A stretch of 64,000 bases of DNA from Myxococcota bacterium (GTDB lineage: Bacteria > Myxococcota_A > UBA9160 > UBA6930), in NCBI GenBank assembly GCA_965223705.1, contig OZ245015.1:4352001-4416000 (forward strand). Reading direction: 5' to 3'. Shown piece by piece: positions 46,681 through 56,864 of this stretch. Position 1 is the first letter of the stretch; each line of letters begins with the position of its first letter. Under the pieces are notes generated by a model. It made no database searches. It worked only from the letters and a program-made list of their open reading frames with translations, and was not told where the DNA came from. Position numbers and translations under genes: made by a program.

Positions 46681-48981
46681 ATGAAAAGCAGCGCCCTCGT
46701 CACGCACTGGGGTCCGTTCGTCGTGGAAGCCGACGGAGACCGCGTCGTCTCGGTCCGCGGGCACGCTTCGGATCCCGACCCGTCGCCGATCGGTCAGTCT
46801 CTTCAACAAGCGACGGATTGCCGCGTCGAACGGCCGTCGATCCGACGCTCTTGGCTCGAAGACGGGCCCGGCGCGCGCACGGAACTACGCGGACGCGAGC
46901 CCTTTGTCGAGGTCAGCTGGAACGAGGCACTCGATCTCGTCGCGGGCGAGCTCGCGAGAGTTCGCGACGTCTACGGCCATACGTCGATCTACGGGGGGTC
47001 CTACGGCTGGTCGTCCGCGGGCCGCTTCCACATGTCCTCGGGCCAGATCACGCGTTTCTTCCGCATGTTCGGTGGCTGCACCGATGCGTGGGGGACGTAC
47101 TCTTCGTCCGCCGCGTCGGGGATCATTCCGTATGTCTTGGGGATCTCGTACCTGCAGGGCGTCGCCCAGCAGAGCTCGTGGTCGACGATTGCGGAGCACA
47201 CGGATCTCTTCGTGAGCTTCGGTGGATTGCGACTCACGAACACGCACGTGACGTACGGTGGCCAGGGACCCCATCACACGCGTGAATGGCTCATGCGTGC
47301 GCGCGATTCCGGTGTTTCGTTTCTCAACATCGGCCCGTTGCGGGACGATTTCGAGCCCGACCTCGGCGCGCGGTGGGTCCATCCGATCCCCGGCACGGAC
47401 GTCGCACTCATGGCGGCGCTTATTCACGCGTTGGTCGACGAGGGTCTCGCCGACCGCGCGTTTCTTCTCCGCCATTGCGTCGGCTGGGAACGTCTCGAGG
47501 CCTACATCCTGGGCACAACCGATGGAACGGCGAAAACCGCCGAATGGGCAGCAGCGATTACGGGGCTCGAAGCCGACGCGATTCGCGAGCTCGCACACGA
47601 AATGGCGAGCCGTCGGACGCTGATCAACCTCACCCTCGCCGTGCAGCGACAGGACCACGGGGAACAGAGCTATTGGATGGGCATCGCACTGGCCGCGGCT
47701 CTCGGCCAGGTCGGGCTCTCGGGCGGTGGGGTTGCGTTCACTTTCGGCGCCGCTGGCAATGTCGGAGCGGGTCAGACCCGCGCACGCGTGCCGGGGCTCC
47801 CGGTGCCCAAACCGGTTCCCGACATGACGACGATTTCGGTATCGCGCGTGGCGGAACTTCTGGAAGCGAATGGTGAGACCTTCCGCTGGAACGGTCGAGA
47901 AGACGTCTACCCGGACACCCGCCTCGTGTACTGGTGCGGCGGAAACGTGTTCCATCACCACCAAGATCTGAACCGCCTCCTTCGAGCGTGGCAACGCCCC
48001 GAGACGATCGTCGTTCACGAACCGTTCTGGACGCCCACCGCGAAACGCGCCGACGTCGTCTTCCCTGCGACGACGCCGCTCGAGCGCAGTGACCTCGGAG
48101 GTGGCGAAACCTTGCTGGCGCTGTCGCAACCCGTGCTCGAGCCGTATGGCGAAGCGCGTGACGACTACGCGATTTTTCACGGCCTCGCCGACCGGCTGGG
48201 TTTCGGAGAAACGTTCTCCGAAGGGCGGACCGCCGAAGAGTGGGTACGCCACCTCTACGAAGAATTTCGCAGCAACAACGAAGCCGCTCCGCCTCTCGAG
48301 CTGGCGCGCGAACAAGGCACGTTGCAGCACCGACATATGGCGCGGATGGGGGAGCCCTCACAGACCTTCCTCTCCGCCTTCCGCGCCGACCCGATCGCGA
48401 ACCCGCTCCCCACGCCGTCGGGTCGGATCGAGCTCTATTCCGAGACGATCGCCGGCTTCGGTTACGCCGATTGTCCCGGGCACCCCATCTGGCTTGAACC
48501 CTACGAACGGTTGGGTACGCCCGCCGCGGAACGTTTCCCGCTCCACCTGATCTCCAACCAACCAGCCGGGAGGTTGCACGGCCAGTACGACCACGGCGAG
48601 GTCAGCCAAGCGACGAAGGTCGCGGGCCGCGAGCCATGCCGCCTCCACCCGGATGACGCCGGTGCCCGCGGCATTCGAGACGGCGACGTCGTTCGTCTGT
48701 GGAACGACCGCGGCGCCTGCCTTGCCGGAGCGGTGCTGTCCGATGCTTTGATGCCAGGCGTTGTGCAGCTCAGTACCGGCGCGTGGTTTGACCCCGATGA
48801 GACAGGGCTTTGCAAACACGGAAACCCCAACGTTCTGACGCGCGACAAGGGCACCTCAAAGCTTTCTGAAGGCCCGAGCGCGCACACGTGCCTTGTGGAG
48901 GTCGAGCGTTTCGACGGCGACGTCCCGGCTGTGACGGCGTTCGATCCGCCCGCGTTTGCGAAGCGTTCCGCCCGACCGTGA
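46681..48981 (+). CDS. Bis-MGD molybdoenzyme, BisC/TorA/DorA S/N-oxide reductase type, cytoplasmic
   Basis: THWG, RG.EPFVEVSW.EA, YGGSYGWSSAGRFH, TYS (Ser ligand region), GGNVFHHHQD, HGNPNVLT.DKGTSKL; no Tat or Fe-S motif. Confidence 0.92.
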   Translation: MKSSALVTHWGPFVVEADGDRVVSVRGHASDPDPSPIGQSLQQATDCRVERPSIRRSWLEDGPGARTELRGREPFVEVSWNEALDLVAGELARVRDVYGHTSIYGGSYGWSSAGRFHMSSGQITRFFRMFGGCTDAWGTYSSSAASGIIPYVLGISYLQGVAQQSSWSTIAEHTDLFVSFGGLRLTNTHVTYGGQGPHHTREWLMRARDSGVSFLNIGPLRDDFEPDLGARWVHPIPGTDVALMAALIHALVDEGLADRAFLLRHCVGWERLEAYILGTTDGTAKTAEWAAAITGLEADAIRELAHEMASRRTLINLTLAVQRQDHGEQSYWMGIALAAALGQVGLSGGGVAFTFGAAGNVGAGQTRARVPGLPVPKPVPDMTTISVSRVAELLEANGETFRWNGREDVYPDTRLVYWCGGNVFHHHQDLNRLLRAWQRPETIVVHEPFWTPTAKRADVVFPATTPLERSDLGGGETLLALSQPVLEPYGEARDDYAIFHGLADRLGFGETFSEGRTAEEWVRHLYEEFRSNNEAAPPLELAREQGTLQHRHMARMGEPSQTFLSAFRADPIANPLPTPSGRIELYSETIAGFGYADCPGHPIWLEPYERLGTPAAERFPLHLISNQPAGRLHGQYDHGEVSQATKVAGREPCRLHPDDAGARGIRDGDVVRLWNDRGACLAGAVLSDALMPGVVQLSTGAWFDPDETGLCKHGNPNVLTRDKGTSKLSEGPSAHTCLVEVERFDGDVPAVTAFDPPAFAKRSARP

Positions 48982-50060
48982 CACGCGTCGTCGGATTCTT
49001 TTCGAAGCTGCTGCTGCTGGCCTTTTCGCTGGCCGTCGCCCTCGGCGCCACCGAGCTTCTTCTCCGAGCGGCGTGGCGTGGCTACTACGACAAGAACGTG
49101 CCCATCCCCCGTTTCGAGCCGCACGAAACGCGCGGCTACGAGAACGCCCGAGATGCGGAATACCGCCAAGGGAAACCCGAATGGGTGATGCACGTGCGCA
49201 CGAATTCACTGGGGTTCCGCGGTGGAGAGCCGCGAGACGAGAAGCTACGCATCCTCGCCGTGGGCGACTCGTTTACTTTTGGCTACGGCGTCTCCGAAGA
49301 CGAGACATGGACCACGCTTCTCGACAGGGCGCACGAGGAGGTCGAGGTCATCAACGCGGGCGTACCGGGTTACGGGACGGCGCACGAGCTGCTTCTTCTC
49401 GAAGAGCACGGTCCCACGCTCCGCCCGGACATTGTTCTTCTCGCGTTCTTTTGGAACGACGTTCTCGACAGCTACCACGCAGAGATTCCGCGCTTCCGGA
49501 CGGAAGGGGGGGAGCTCATTCGAGAAGTGCCCGCGCCCGACGCGGTAGCGAGCAAGCTCAGAACACGTCGCAGCAAGGAGCGTCTCCTCGCGAGGAGTTA
49601 CGCGTATCGCTTCTTTTCCGACCGCGCGAAAATCGCGCGCTTTCGATTGCGTCAGTGGTTTGGAATGGGCGATATCCACTCGTTCGGTACCGATCGCAAG
49701 GTCTTCGAGGAAGCCTGGGCGCTACAGGAAGCGCTGCTTCGAGCGTTCGCCTCCGCTTCCCGCGAGATCGGGGCGAAGCTTCTACTGATCGTCATCCCCG
49801 ACCAGGTTCAAGTACACACGGAGTGGCGCGTCGCCGGCGCCGGTGGGCTCGATCTCGACATCCAAGATCGCCTGGGAGAGATCGCGTCAAGCCTCGAGAT
49901 CGAAACGCTCGATCTACTTCCCGGGCTCAACGCCGCACGAGGCGATTCACCGCTCTATTTTCGCCAGGATCGACACTTGACAGCGTTGGGAAATCGCATC
50001 GTGGCGGAGCTGGTTCGCTCTCGACTCGAAGACGAGGCCTGGTGGCCGGTGTCTCGTTAA
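48978..50060 (+). CDS. SGNH/GDSL hydrolase with N-terminal TM
   Basis: TNSLGFR, VGDSFTFG, INAGVPGY, FWND, DRHL..GN; GTGA overlap. Confidence 0.88.
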   Translation: MTRVVGFFSKLLLLAFSLAVALGATELLLRAAWRGYYDKNVPIPRFEPHETRGYENARDAEYRQGKPEWVMHVRTNSLGFRGGEPRDEKLRILAVGDSFTFGYGVSEDETWTTLLDRAHEEVEVINAGVPGYGTAHELLLLEEHGPTLRPDIVLLAFFWNDVLDSYHAEIPRFRTEGGELIREVPAPDAVASKLRTRRSKERLLARSYAYRFFSDRAKIARFRLRQWFGMGDIHSFGTDRKVFEEAWALQEALLRAFASASREIGAKLLLIVIPDQVQVHTEWRVAGAGGLDLDIQDRLGEIASSLEIETLDLLPGLNAARGDSPLYFRQDRHLTALGNRIVAELVRSRLEDEAWWPVSR

Positions 50061-50114
50061 CGCTCCCGAATTTCCGTACCCGAGCCGGCGGTGAAAAAGA
50101 GCGCCGACGCTCGA

Positions 50115-51584
50115 CTAATCGAGGGGTTTGGTTTCGAACGCGTCGTCATCGGACGCCGTCGTGGCTTCGGTAAACGCATCCATCGAATCCGGCCACTGCG
50201 TTACGAGTCGTCCGGAAGAGCCGGCTCGATAGTAGAAGTCATTACCGCAGTCGAACTGCCAGACGTCGATGGCGTTGATGTCCGCCTGCAGTTTTTCGTT
50301 GAAAGCCGCGAGAAACTCCGGCCGGAGATCCATCCAGGCCAGCCGTTCGTTCTCCAAGCGCTCGAGCTTGCGAACGATGTATTCGCACTGCCTCTCGAGC
50401 ATGAACAGAATGCAGCCCTGATTGGTATTCGGCCCGTAGAGCATGAACAGGTTCGGGAAACCCGACGTCGTCATCCCCAGATAGGCTTGGGGGCCGTCGT
50501 TCCAAGCTTCGCGAAGGGGTTGGCCACCGCGGCCCGTCACGTCAAGCGCTTGCAAGTAGGTCGTCGTCTCGAAGCCCGTCGAGTAGATGATCACGTCGAC
50601 GTCGCGACTTTCATCACCCTCGACCGTCTCGATGCCCGTCGGGGTGATGCGCTGGATCTTGTCGGTCAGAAGCTCGACGTTGTCTCGATTGAACACGGGG
50701 TAGTAGAGGTCGGAGAAAAGCGGGCGCTTACAGCCGAACGGATGATCCGGGGTGAGCTTGCGACGAACTTCGGGATCGCGCACTTCTTGTAGCCGCTCCA
50801 TTCCCGCGGCTTCGATCTCGCCCAACGTCTTCTTGTCCTTGAACGTGGCCAGCGTGTTCCACACATCGTAAATCTGCTGCCTGCTCTCTTGCAGCGCGTC
50901 GGGATCGGCGCGGAACTTCTCGAGCTCCTCTTCCGTGTAGGGCGTGTTCGGCTTGGGAACGACCCAGTTGGCCGTCCGTTGGTACAAGTGAAGTTGGCCG
51001 ACGTCCTTGGCGATTTCGGGGACAAACTGGATCGCGCTTGCGGCAATACCGATCACGCCGACGCGCTTGCCGCGCAGATCGACGTCGTGGTTCCAACGCG
51101 CGGAATGAAACCATTCGCCGCGAAAATCCTCGATCCCCGGGATGTCGGGCATCACGAGGTTGTTGAACATTCCGAGGGCACTTACAGCGATGCGAGATTC
51201 GTAGCGGTCGCCGCTCTCGGTGGTCACCGTCCAGCGCGCTTGTTCGTCGCTCCACGAAGCCGCCTGCACACGTGTTTCAAAGCGGATGTGGTCACGGATT
51301 CCGTACTTGTCGGCGATGTGATTCAGGTACGCGAGAATCTCCTCCTGGCCTGAGAACGGCCGCGACCAGTTGGGATTCGGCTCGAAAGAAAACGAATACA
51401 GGTGGGACTGCACGTCGCACTCGGCACCCGGATACCGGTTCCAGAACCACGTTCCACCGACGCCGGTGCCTTTCTCCAAAATGACGAAATCGTCGATACC
51501 GGCTTTCTTGAGCTGCACCCCCATACAAAGGCCGGCCGATCCGGCTCCGATGATGACGACGTGGTGGGCGTGCTTCTGTGTCAT
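50115..51584 (-). CDS. Flavin-containing (Baeyer-Villiger type) monooxygenase
   Basis: GAGSAG, GGTWFWNRYPGAECD, FRGEWFHSARW, STGF, FPNLFMLYGPN. Confidence 0.95.
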   Translation of the reverse strand: MTQKHAHHVVIIGAGSAGLCMGVQLKKAGIDDFVILEKGTGVGGTWFWNRYPGAECDVQSHLYSFSFEPNPNWSRPFSGQEEILAYLNHIADKYGIRDHIRFETRVQAASWSDEQARWTVTTESGDRYESRIAVSALGMFNNLVMPDIPGIEDFRGEWFHSARWNHDVDLRGKRVGVIGIAASAIQFVPEIAKDVGQLHLYQRTANWVVPKPNTPYTEEELEKFRADPDALQESRQQIYDVWNTLATFKDKKTLGEIEAAGMERLQEVRDPEVRRKLTPDHPFGCKRPLFSDLYYPVFNRDNVELLTDKIQRITPTGIETVEGDESRDVDVIIYSTGFETTTYLQALDVTGRGGQPLREAWNDGPQAYLGMTTSGFPNLFMLYGPNTNQGCILFMLERQCEYIVRKLERLENERLAWMDLRPEFLAAFNEKLQADINAIDVWQFDCGNDFYYRAGSSGRLVTQWPDSMDAFTEATTASDDDAFETKPLD

Positions 51585-51695
51585 GATGATCTCCTCGCTC
51601 GACGGCCGTCTAGCCTATCAGATCCGTCCTCGCGGGGCTGAAACCGGAGAGCGAAGTCGGGCATAAGGTCCCCAGACGTTCGCCGGAACGAGCCG

Positions 51696-52505
51696 ATGGA
51701 ACGAACCAAAGAGCTCCCGTTAACCGCACACACCGGATTTTGGCTGACCTTGGCCGTCGCCGCGGCTGGGGCGGCGGTCATCTGGTCGATGTGGGAGTCG
51801 CTCACGCTACTCCTGGCGCGCGTCGAGTTCGCGCTCGCTTCTACGGTCCCCGAACACTGGATCGGCAATGCGGCTTGGTACAGCCTCCCCGTGTTGGGCT
51901 TCTTCGCGGGGCTGCTCGCGAGTATCTCCCCCTGCATTCTTCCCCTCGTGCCGCTCAACGCGGCATTTATCGGAGCCGCAGAAGCGACGGGACTGCGGGC
52001 GGTGCTGATCTCCGCGCGGTTCGTGCTGGGCGCGGCTCTCGCGCTGGCGATCCTCGGGCTTTTGACCGACCTCGCGGGGACGCTCCTGGTCGAGCAACGC
52101 GGCTTCGTTCTCCTCGCGGCGGGACTCGCGCTGCTCCTCTTTGCAGCGGCTCTGCTCGAGCTCGTGTCCTTGCCTTTCTCCGGGGCCTCCCTGTTCGCCG
52201 ATCGTCCACTCGGCCCGGTCGCGGCCGGTGCGGCATTCGCCCTGGTGACGACGCCGTGTGCCAGCCCACTTCTCGGAGGTCTCTTGACCGCGGCTGCGGC
52301 GAGCGGCGCTGCGGGGCTGACCTCGCTTGCGATGCTCTCCTTTGCCGTGGGCTACACCGCGCTGGTGTTCGTCGCTGGAGTATTCGGTGGGCAAGCCATC
52401 GAACGGTTGCGCCGTCGGTCGTACGTCGGCGCGCGCGCCTTGGGAGCCGCCGTGCTCGGCTTCACGGGCCTGGCCTTCCTCGTTTCCGGGATTCGTTGGT
52501 TCTAA
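51696..52505 (+). CDS. CcdA/DsbD-beta transmembrane disulfide-reduction protein
   Basis: GLLASISPCILPLVP and TPCASPLL; multiple TMs. Confidence 0.88.
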   Translation: MERTKELPLTAHTGFWLTLAVAAAGAAVIWSMWESLTLLLARVEFALASTVPEHWIGNAAWYSLPVLGFFAGLLASISPCILPLVPLNAAFIGAAEATGLRAVLISARFVLGAALALAILGLLTDLAGTLLVEQRGFVLLAAGLALLLFAAALLELVSLPFSGASLFADRPLGPVAAGAAFALVTTPCASPLLGGLLTAAAASGAAGLTSLAMLSFAVGYTALVFVAGVFGGQAIERLRRRSYVGARALGAAVLGFTGLAFLVSGIRWF

Positions 52506-52517
52506 GGACGGGGCGCT

Positions 52518-52737
52518 ATGAAGTCATTCGAATCGCTTTTTCTCATGAGCCTCTTCCTCCTTTTGCTGATCTCGTCGAGCGCACAGGCCGTCGACCCGGT
52601 CTACTCCAACTGGCGCGGTCCGGCCATCACCGGCGCCGACCCGGTCGCCTACTCCACCGAAGGGGAAAGCCGCAGACATTCCCGGTCACATCAACAAAGC
52701 GGATCGGAACTGGTCCGCGAACCTCAGAGGGGATTGA
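52518..52737 (+). pseudogene. YHS-domain family protein, internally deleted and frameshifted
   Basis: Signal peptide plus AITGADPVAYSTEG (family N-terminus), joined at about 52665 in the +1 frame to ADIPGHINKADRNW (family C-terminus). Confidence 0.72.
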
Positions 52738-53467
52738 ACCGAGCGTGCATCCAGTTCGCTCGTCGCGGCGTGAATCGACACTGGACGTCTCGCACCGCGA
52801 GTGCGATCCGTGCGAGCAGCCGATCTCGGACCGTCGGTGCTCTCGGACGGGTCACTGCCTCGCCGCAGGCGGTACACGGCTCGTCCTGCTCGTAGGTCCC
52901 GTAGGGATTCCCGGCCCGCTCCATCAGCCACGCCGACAAAGCGTTGGTTCCCAACTCGGATTTGCCGACGAAAGCGACCTCCGACGCCCGCATCGACCCG
53001 AAAAGATCGCGCAGACGCGCCTCATCAAAGCTATTCACGTGGCCCCAAGGTGGGTTTGTCGCTCCACAAGCGGCGCAGGTGGTGCAACCGTGGCGGATAT
53101 CCTGACGAAACGGAACGCCGACCAGTAGTTCTCCACGCGTCACGCGCGCCAATTCGCTGCAGGCGTCGTAAAGACCGGGCTCGGGAACGTGTTCGAGCAC
53201 CTCAGCGCACAGGACGAAGTCGAATGTCCGGTCGGGGAACGTCAGGTTTGTGACATCGCCCGCGACACAGCGGATCTTATCGCCGTCGATCTCGGGCTCT
53301 ACGAGATCAAGCGCCCACACTTCTTCGAAGCGCTCTGCCAGAATCTTGGCGAAAAAACCATCCCGCGCCCCGACGTCGAGAGCGACGCGGCCGGTGGGAA
53401 AACGTTCCGATAGGTGCGCTGCTCGCTCGCGCTCGGTCGCTGATGCCCGGTACTTGTCGGCGTCCAT
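52724..53467 (-). CDS. Class I SAM-dependent methyltransferase with Cys-rich C-terminus
   Basis: ALDVGARDG, FDFVLCAEVLEHVP, CAAC/CTAC motifs; start set at MDADKY. Confidence 0.82.
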   Translation of the reverse strand: MDADKYRASATERERAAHLSERFPTGRVALDVGARDGFFAKILAERFEEVWALDLVEPEIDGDKIRCVAGDVTNLTFPDRTFDFVLCAEVLEHVPEPGLYDACSELARVTRGELLVGVPFRQDIRHGCTTCAACGATNPPWGHVNSFDEARLRDLFGSMRASEVAFVGKSELGTNALSAWLMERAGNPYGTYEQDEPCTACGEAVTRPRAPTVRDRLLARIALAVRDVQCRFTPRRANWMHARFNPL

Positions 53468-53543
53468 AGCAGTCCTACACCTGTGATAGCTTCCGGGCTC
53501 GCCTGAGCCAACCTCCAAAGTTTTTCTCGGAGACACCATCAAA

Positions 53544-55070
53544 GTGGCAGCGGCACGTAGCGGGCACGCCTGGCAAACCGCGAAGAACATTGTTTCGAGC
53601 TGGGGCGCCATGTTCGCCGTTGCCATGATCAGCTTCTTCCTGTCTCCGTTCATTGTGCACCGCCTGGGAAACGAAGCTTACGGTGTCTGGATTCTTCTCT
53701 ACTCAATCGTCGGCTACTTGGGGTTGCTCGACCTCGGCGTTCGCAGCGCGGTCACGAAATACCTCGCCACGTTGTACGCGACCGAGCAGCACGAGGAGGC
53801 GAACCACATCGCTTCGGCGGCCTTGGCGCTCTTCGCCGCGGCCGGTTTCTTCGCCGTCCTTTCGACGTTCGCGCTCGCCCAGGTCGGCCTCGGGTGGTTT
53901 GACGTCTCACCTGAGCTCCTAGGCGCCGCCCGCCTCGTGCTTCAGCTGGGTGGCTTGACCGTGGCGAGCGCGATCATCGGCGGTGTGTTCGGTGGCATTG
54001 TCGTCGCCCGTCAACGCCTCGATCTGCTGAACCTCGTGAGCCTGATCCATGAGATTGTTCGCGCGGCTGCCATCGTCTTCGCGCTCTCCGATGGAGGCGG
54101 CATCGTCGCGCTCGCCGTCATCCAGCTCCTGACCTCTCTCTCGCTGGGATTGGTGACGTTCGCCCTGAGCCGACGGGTCTATCCCGAAGTGAAACCATGG
54201 CGTTTCCAGTTTCGTCGCGACCACCTTCAAACGGTGTTGTCCTTCGGCTTTTTCGCGACGCTGCTCCACGCTTCGACGATGATCGTGAACTACACCGACT
54301 CCCTCGTAATCGGCGCGTTCCTGCCCATCAGTATGATCACGTTCTTCGCGATCAGCGCGAACCTCGTCGAACAAGCGCGCAACCTGTCGGCCGGTATCTC
54401 GCGATCCGTGTCGCCGGTCGCGAGTGCCCTCGACGTCGAACGAGATCGCTCTCGTGTGGGACAGGTGCTTCTCTCGGGAGCTCGCCTCTCGAGCCTCGTC
54501 TGCTTTCCGATCGTCGTGACGTTTCTATTGCGTGGCCACTCGTTCATCGGACTGTGGATGGGGGAGGAATTCGCGAAACCGGCGGGCGATGTGCTGTTCG
54601 TCCTCGCCCTGGGGCTGTGGGTGTATGCGGGCTTCCACGTCTGTGTCGCCATCATCATCGGGATCGATGAGCACCGGGGGTTGGTGCCGGCGTTCATCGC
54701 CGAGGCAATCTGTAACGCGGTGCTGAGCATTTTGCTGGTCGAGCACTACGGCCTGCTCGGGGTCGCTTTCGGGACCCTGATACCTCGCGCGGTGATGTCT
54801 TTAGCGTTCGGCCCGCTGTACACCCGCCGCGTCGTCGGCGTTCCCGTTCGTCGCTATCTGGGCGACGTCGTGCTTCGGCCCACACTCTCGATGGCGTTCT
54901 TCGCGGCGGCCACGTGGGCGACCGAGCGATACTTCCCGGCGGCGAACCTCGCCGTCTACTTCGCGCAAGTCGCCGTCGCCTGCCCACTCGCGCTCGTGGG
55001 CGCCTGGGCGATGTGCTTGACGGCCGAAGAGCGCGCCCAATTGCGCGGGCTCGTCCGACGCAGCGCCTAG
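53544..55070 (+). CDS. Oligosaccharide flippase (Wzx/MOP family)
   Basis: PFIVHRLG.EAYGVW, LLDLGV, TDSLVIG, many TMs. Confidence 0.88.
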   Translation: MAAARSGHAWQTAKNIVSSWGAMFAVAMISFFLSPFIVHRLGNEAYGVWILLYSIVGYLGLLDLGVRSAVTKYLATLYATEQHEEANHIASAALALFAAAGFFAVLSTFALAQVGLGWFDVSPELLGAARLVLQLGGLTVASAIIGGVFGGIVVARQRLDLLNLVSLIHEIVRAAAIVFALSDGGGIVALAVIQLLTSLSLGLVTFALSRRVYPEVKPWRFQFRRDHLQTVLSFGFFATLLHASTMIVNYTDSLVIGAFLPISMITFFAISANLVEQARNLSAGISRSVSPVASALDVERDRSRVGQVLLSGARLSSLVCFPIVVTFLLRGHSFIGLWMGEEFAKPAGDVLFVLALGLWVYAGFHVCVAIIIGIDEHRGLVPAFIAEAICNAVLSILLVEHYGLLGVAFGTLIPRAVMSLAFGPLYTRRVVGVPVRRYLGDVVLRPTLSMAFFAAATWATERYFPAANLAVYFAQVAVACPLALVGAWAMCLTAEERAQLRGLVRRSA

Positions 55071-56794
55071 CGGGACAGCGCGAAAGCGATCACGGTGTCC
55101 CCCTGCGGAGAACCCAGGTAGGGGTGGCCCGAAGCGGCGACGGCGACGAACTGGCGTCCTTCGATGGCGTAGCTCACCGGCGGAGCGTGGATTCCGGCCC
55201 CGCACGAGAAACTCCACAAGCGGTCGCCGTCCTCGGCGTCGAAGGCATTGAACGTTCCGTCCGATTCTCCCATGAAGACGAGGTTCCCAGCCGTCGCCAG
55301 CACGCCGCCGATGAGCGGCTCTTCCGTCTTCACTTGCCAGCGGATCCGCCCATTCCCACGTGTGTCCACCGCGCTCAGGGTCCCCCAGCTCGGGGCGTCG
55401 ACATCGGGTTCCGTCAGAATGAATTCCCGACGCGGACCGCCGCCTTCCCAGACGCGTTTCACGAAGCGGGTCGGCTTGTGTACAGCCGGGATGTAGAGCC
55501 ACCCATTCTTCGTGTTGTAGGAGACCGGTGACCAGGACGCCCCGCCGAACGATCCCGGCGAAATGGTGATCCCATCGATGGTGGGCTCGGAAAACATCAA
55601 CTTTTGCGGAACCAGGGGATCGGACTTCCAGAGGAGCTCGCCCGTCTCTCGGTGATGGGCGTAGAACCATCCCGTCTTTCCCGCGACGCCCACCGCGGGA
55701 ATGGACGCCTCACCACGGTTCCAATCGAAGAGAACGGGTGTGCTGGCTACGTCGTAGCCCCAAACGTCGCGCGGCACTTGCTGGTAGTGCCAACGGACTT
55801 CTCCGGTCGCTGCGTCGAGTGCCACGAGAGAGCTCGCGTAGAGGTTGTCTCCGGGTCGGAGGTCGGGAACGTCGTTGGGCGAGGCATTGCCGGTCCCGAC
55901 AAACAGCAACCCGCGCTCGGCATCAAACGCCGGGGTTCCCCAGGTGGAGCTGCCGCCCCGGAGATACGCCTGCCCAAGGGTCGGCGCGCTCTCCCGTTCG
56001 GCTTCGGTGTTTCGCGGGAGCGTAAAACCGTCGGGTGTCGTCGAGCTGAACGCTCCTTCCCAACCTTCGTTTTTCGTCGTGTAAAACCGCCACCGCTCTT
56101 CGCCCGTAGCTGCATCGAACGCGGCGACGAATCCTCGGCGGCCTCCAAACGAATCGAGTTCCGGTGGGCGATCCGAGCGCACGCCGGTTCCGAGGTTGTA
56201 ATAGAGGCCGTAACCCGCCAAGGTCGTTCCGACGATGACGGAGTCGCCGACGACCGTCGGCGCCATCTTCGCCGAAAGGCGGTCGAGGTTCGCGGCGATG
56301 GTTTCCGCTTGGGCCGGCGGCACTTCTGCGAGCTCGCCGGGACCGGGGGCCGCGATCACGCGATCCCAGAGGATTTCTCCCGTTTCAAAGTCGAGGGCGA
56401 TCAGACGACCATCGTTCGTCGCCTGATAGACCCGCTCCCCTTGTCTCGCCGCACCCCGATTCGTTCCGCGATTTCGCGGATGGTCGCTGCGCGGTATGTG
56501 GTTGTAGCGCCAGAGGGGGTTCCCCGTGGCCGCATCGAGTTTGACGACGTCGTTGCCCGGCAGGGTCAAGATCATGGCCGCGTCTGTGACGATGGGCTGC
56601 GCTTGGATCGGACCGATGCTTCCGGATTGGTAGACCCACGCGGGAACCAGGCCGCGGACGGAATCGCGGTCGATCTGGGTAAGCCCTGAAAACCGATGGT
56701 TCGCGTGCCCGTTCCCGAAACTCGCCCACTCTTCGGCGGCGACCCGGGCCGACAACGCGAGGGCCAGCAGCCCGATGACCCCGTACTTCGTCAT
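55067..56794 (-). CDS. PQQ-binding beta-propeller dehydrogenase-like protein (secreted, divergent active site)
   Basis: Signal peptide, RFS.LTQI, repeated ALDAATG..W, GTGN, RPGDNLY, WHYQ..P.DVWGYD, ATAGNLVF. Confidence 0.88.
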   Translation of the reverse strand: MTKYGVIGLLALALSARVAAEEWASFGNGHANHRFSGLTQIDRDSVRGLVPAWVYQSGSIGPIQAQPIVTDAAMILTLPGNDVVKLDAATGNPLWRYNHIPRSDHPRNRGTNRGAARQGERVYQATNDGRLIALDFETGEILWDRVIAAPGPGELAEVPPAQAETIAANLDRLSAKMAPTVVGDSVIVGTTLAGYGLYYNLGTGVRSDRPPELDSFGGRRGFVAAFDAATGEERWRFYTTKNEGWEGAFSSTTPDGFTLPRNTEAERESAPTLGQAYLRGGSSTWGTPAFDAERGLLFVGTGNASPNDVPDLRPGDNLYASSLVALDAATGEVRWHYQQVPRDVWGYDVASTPVLFDWNRGEASIPAVGVAGKTGWFYAHHRETGELLWKSDPLVPQKLMFSEPTIDGITISPGSFGGASWSPVSYNTKNGWLYIPAVHKPTRFVKRVWEGGGPRREFILTEPDVDAPSWGTLSAVDTRGNGRIRWQVKTEEPLIGGVLATAGNLVFMGESDGTFNAFDAEDGDRLWSFSCGAGIHAPPVSYAIEGRQFVAVAASGHPYLGSPQGDTVIAFALSR

Positions 56795-56864
56795 ACATCC
56801 TCCCACGCAATCGATACACCGAGCCTTCTAGCGCGTTCTACGGCCAGGTGCGAAGGTTCGGGCG

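Noticed and set aside
52518..52895. Intact 125-aa secreted protein
   Set aside because: Family similarity continues in another frame after about 52665, and the rest overlaps the methyltransferase antisense
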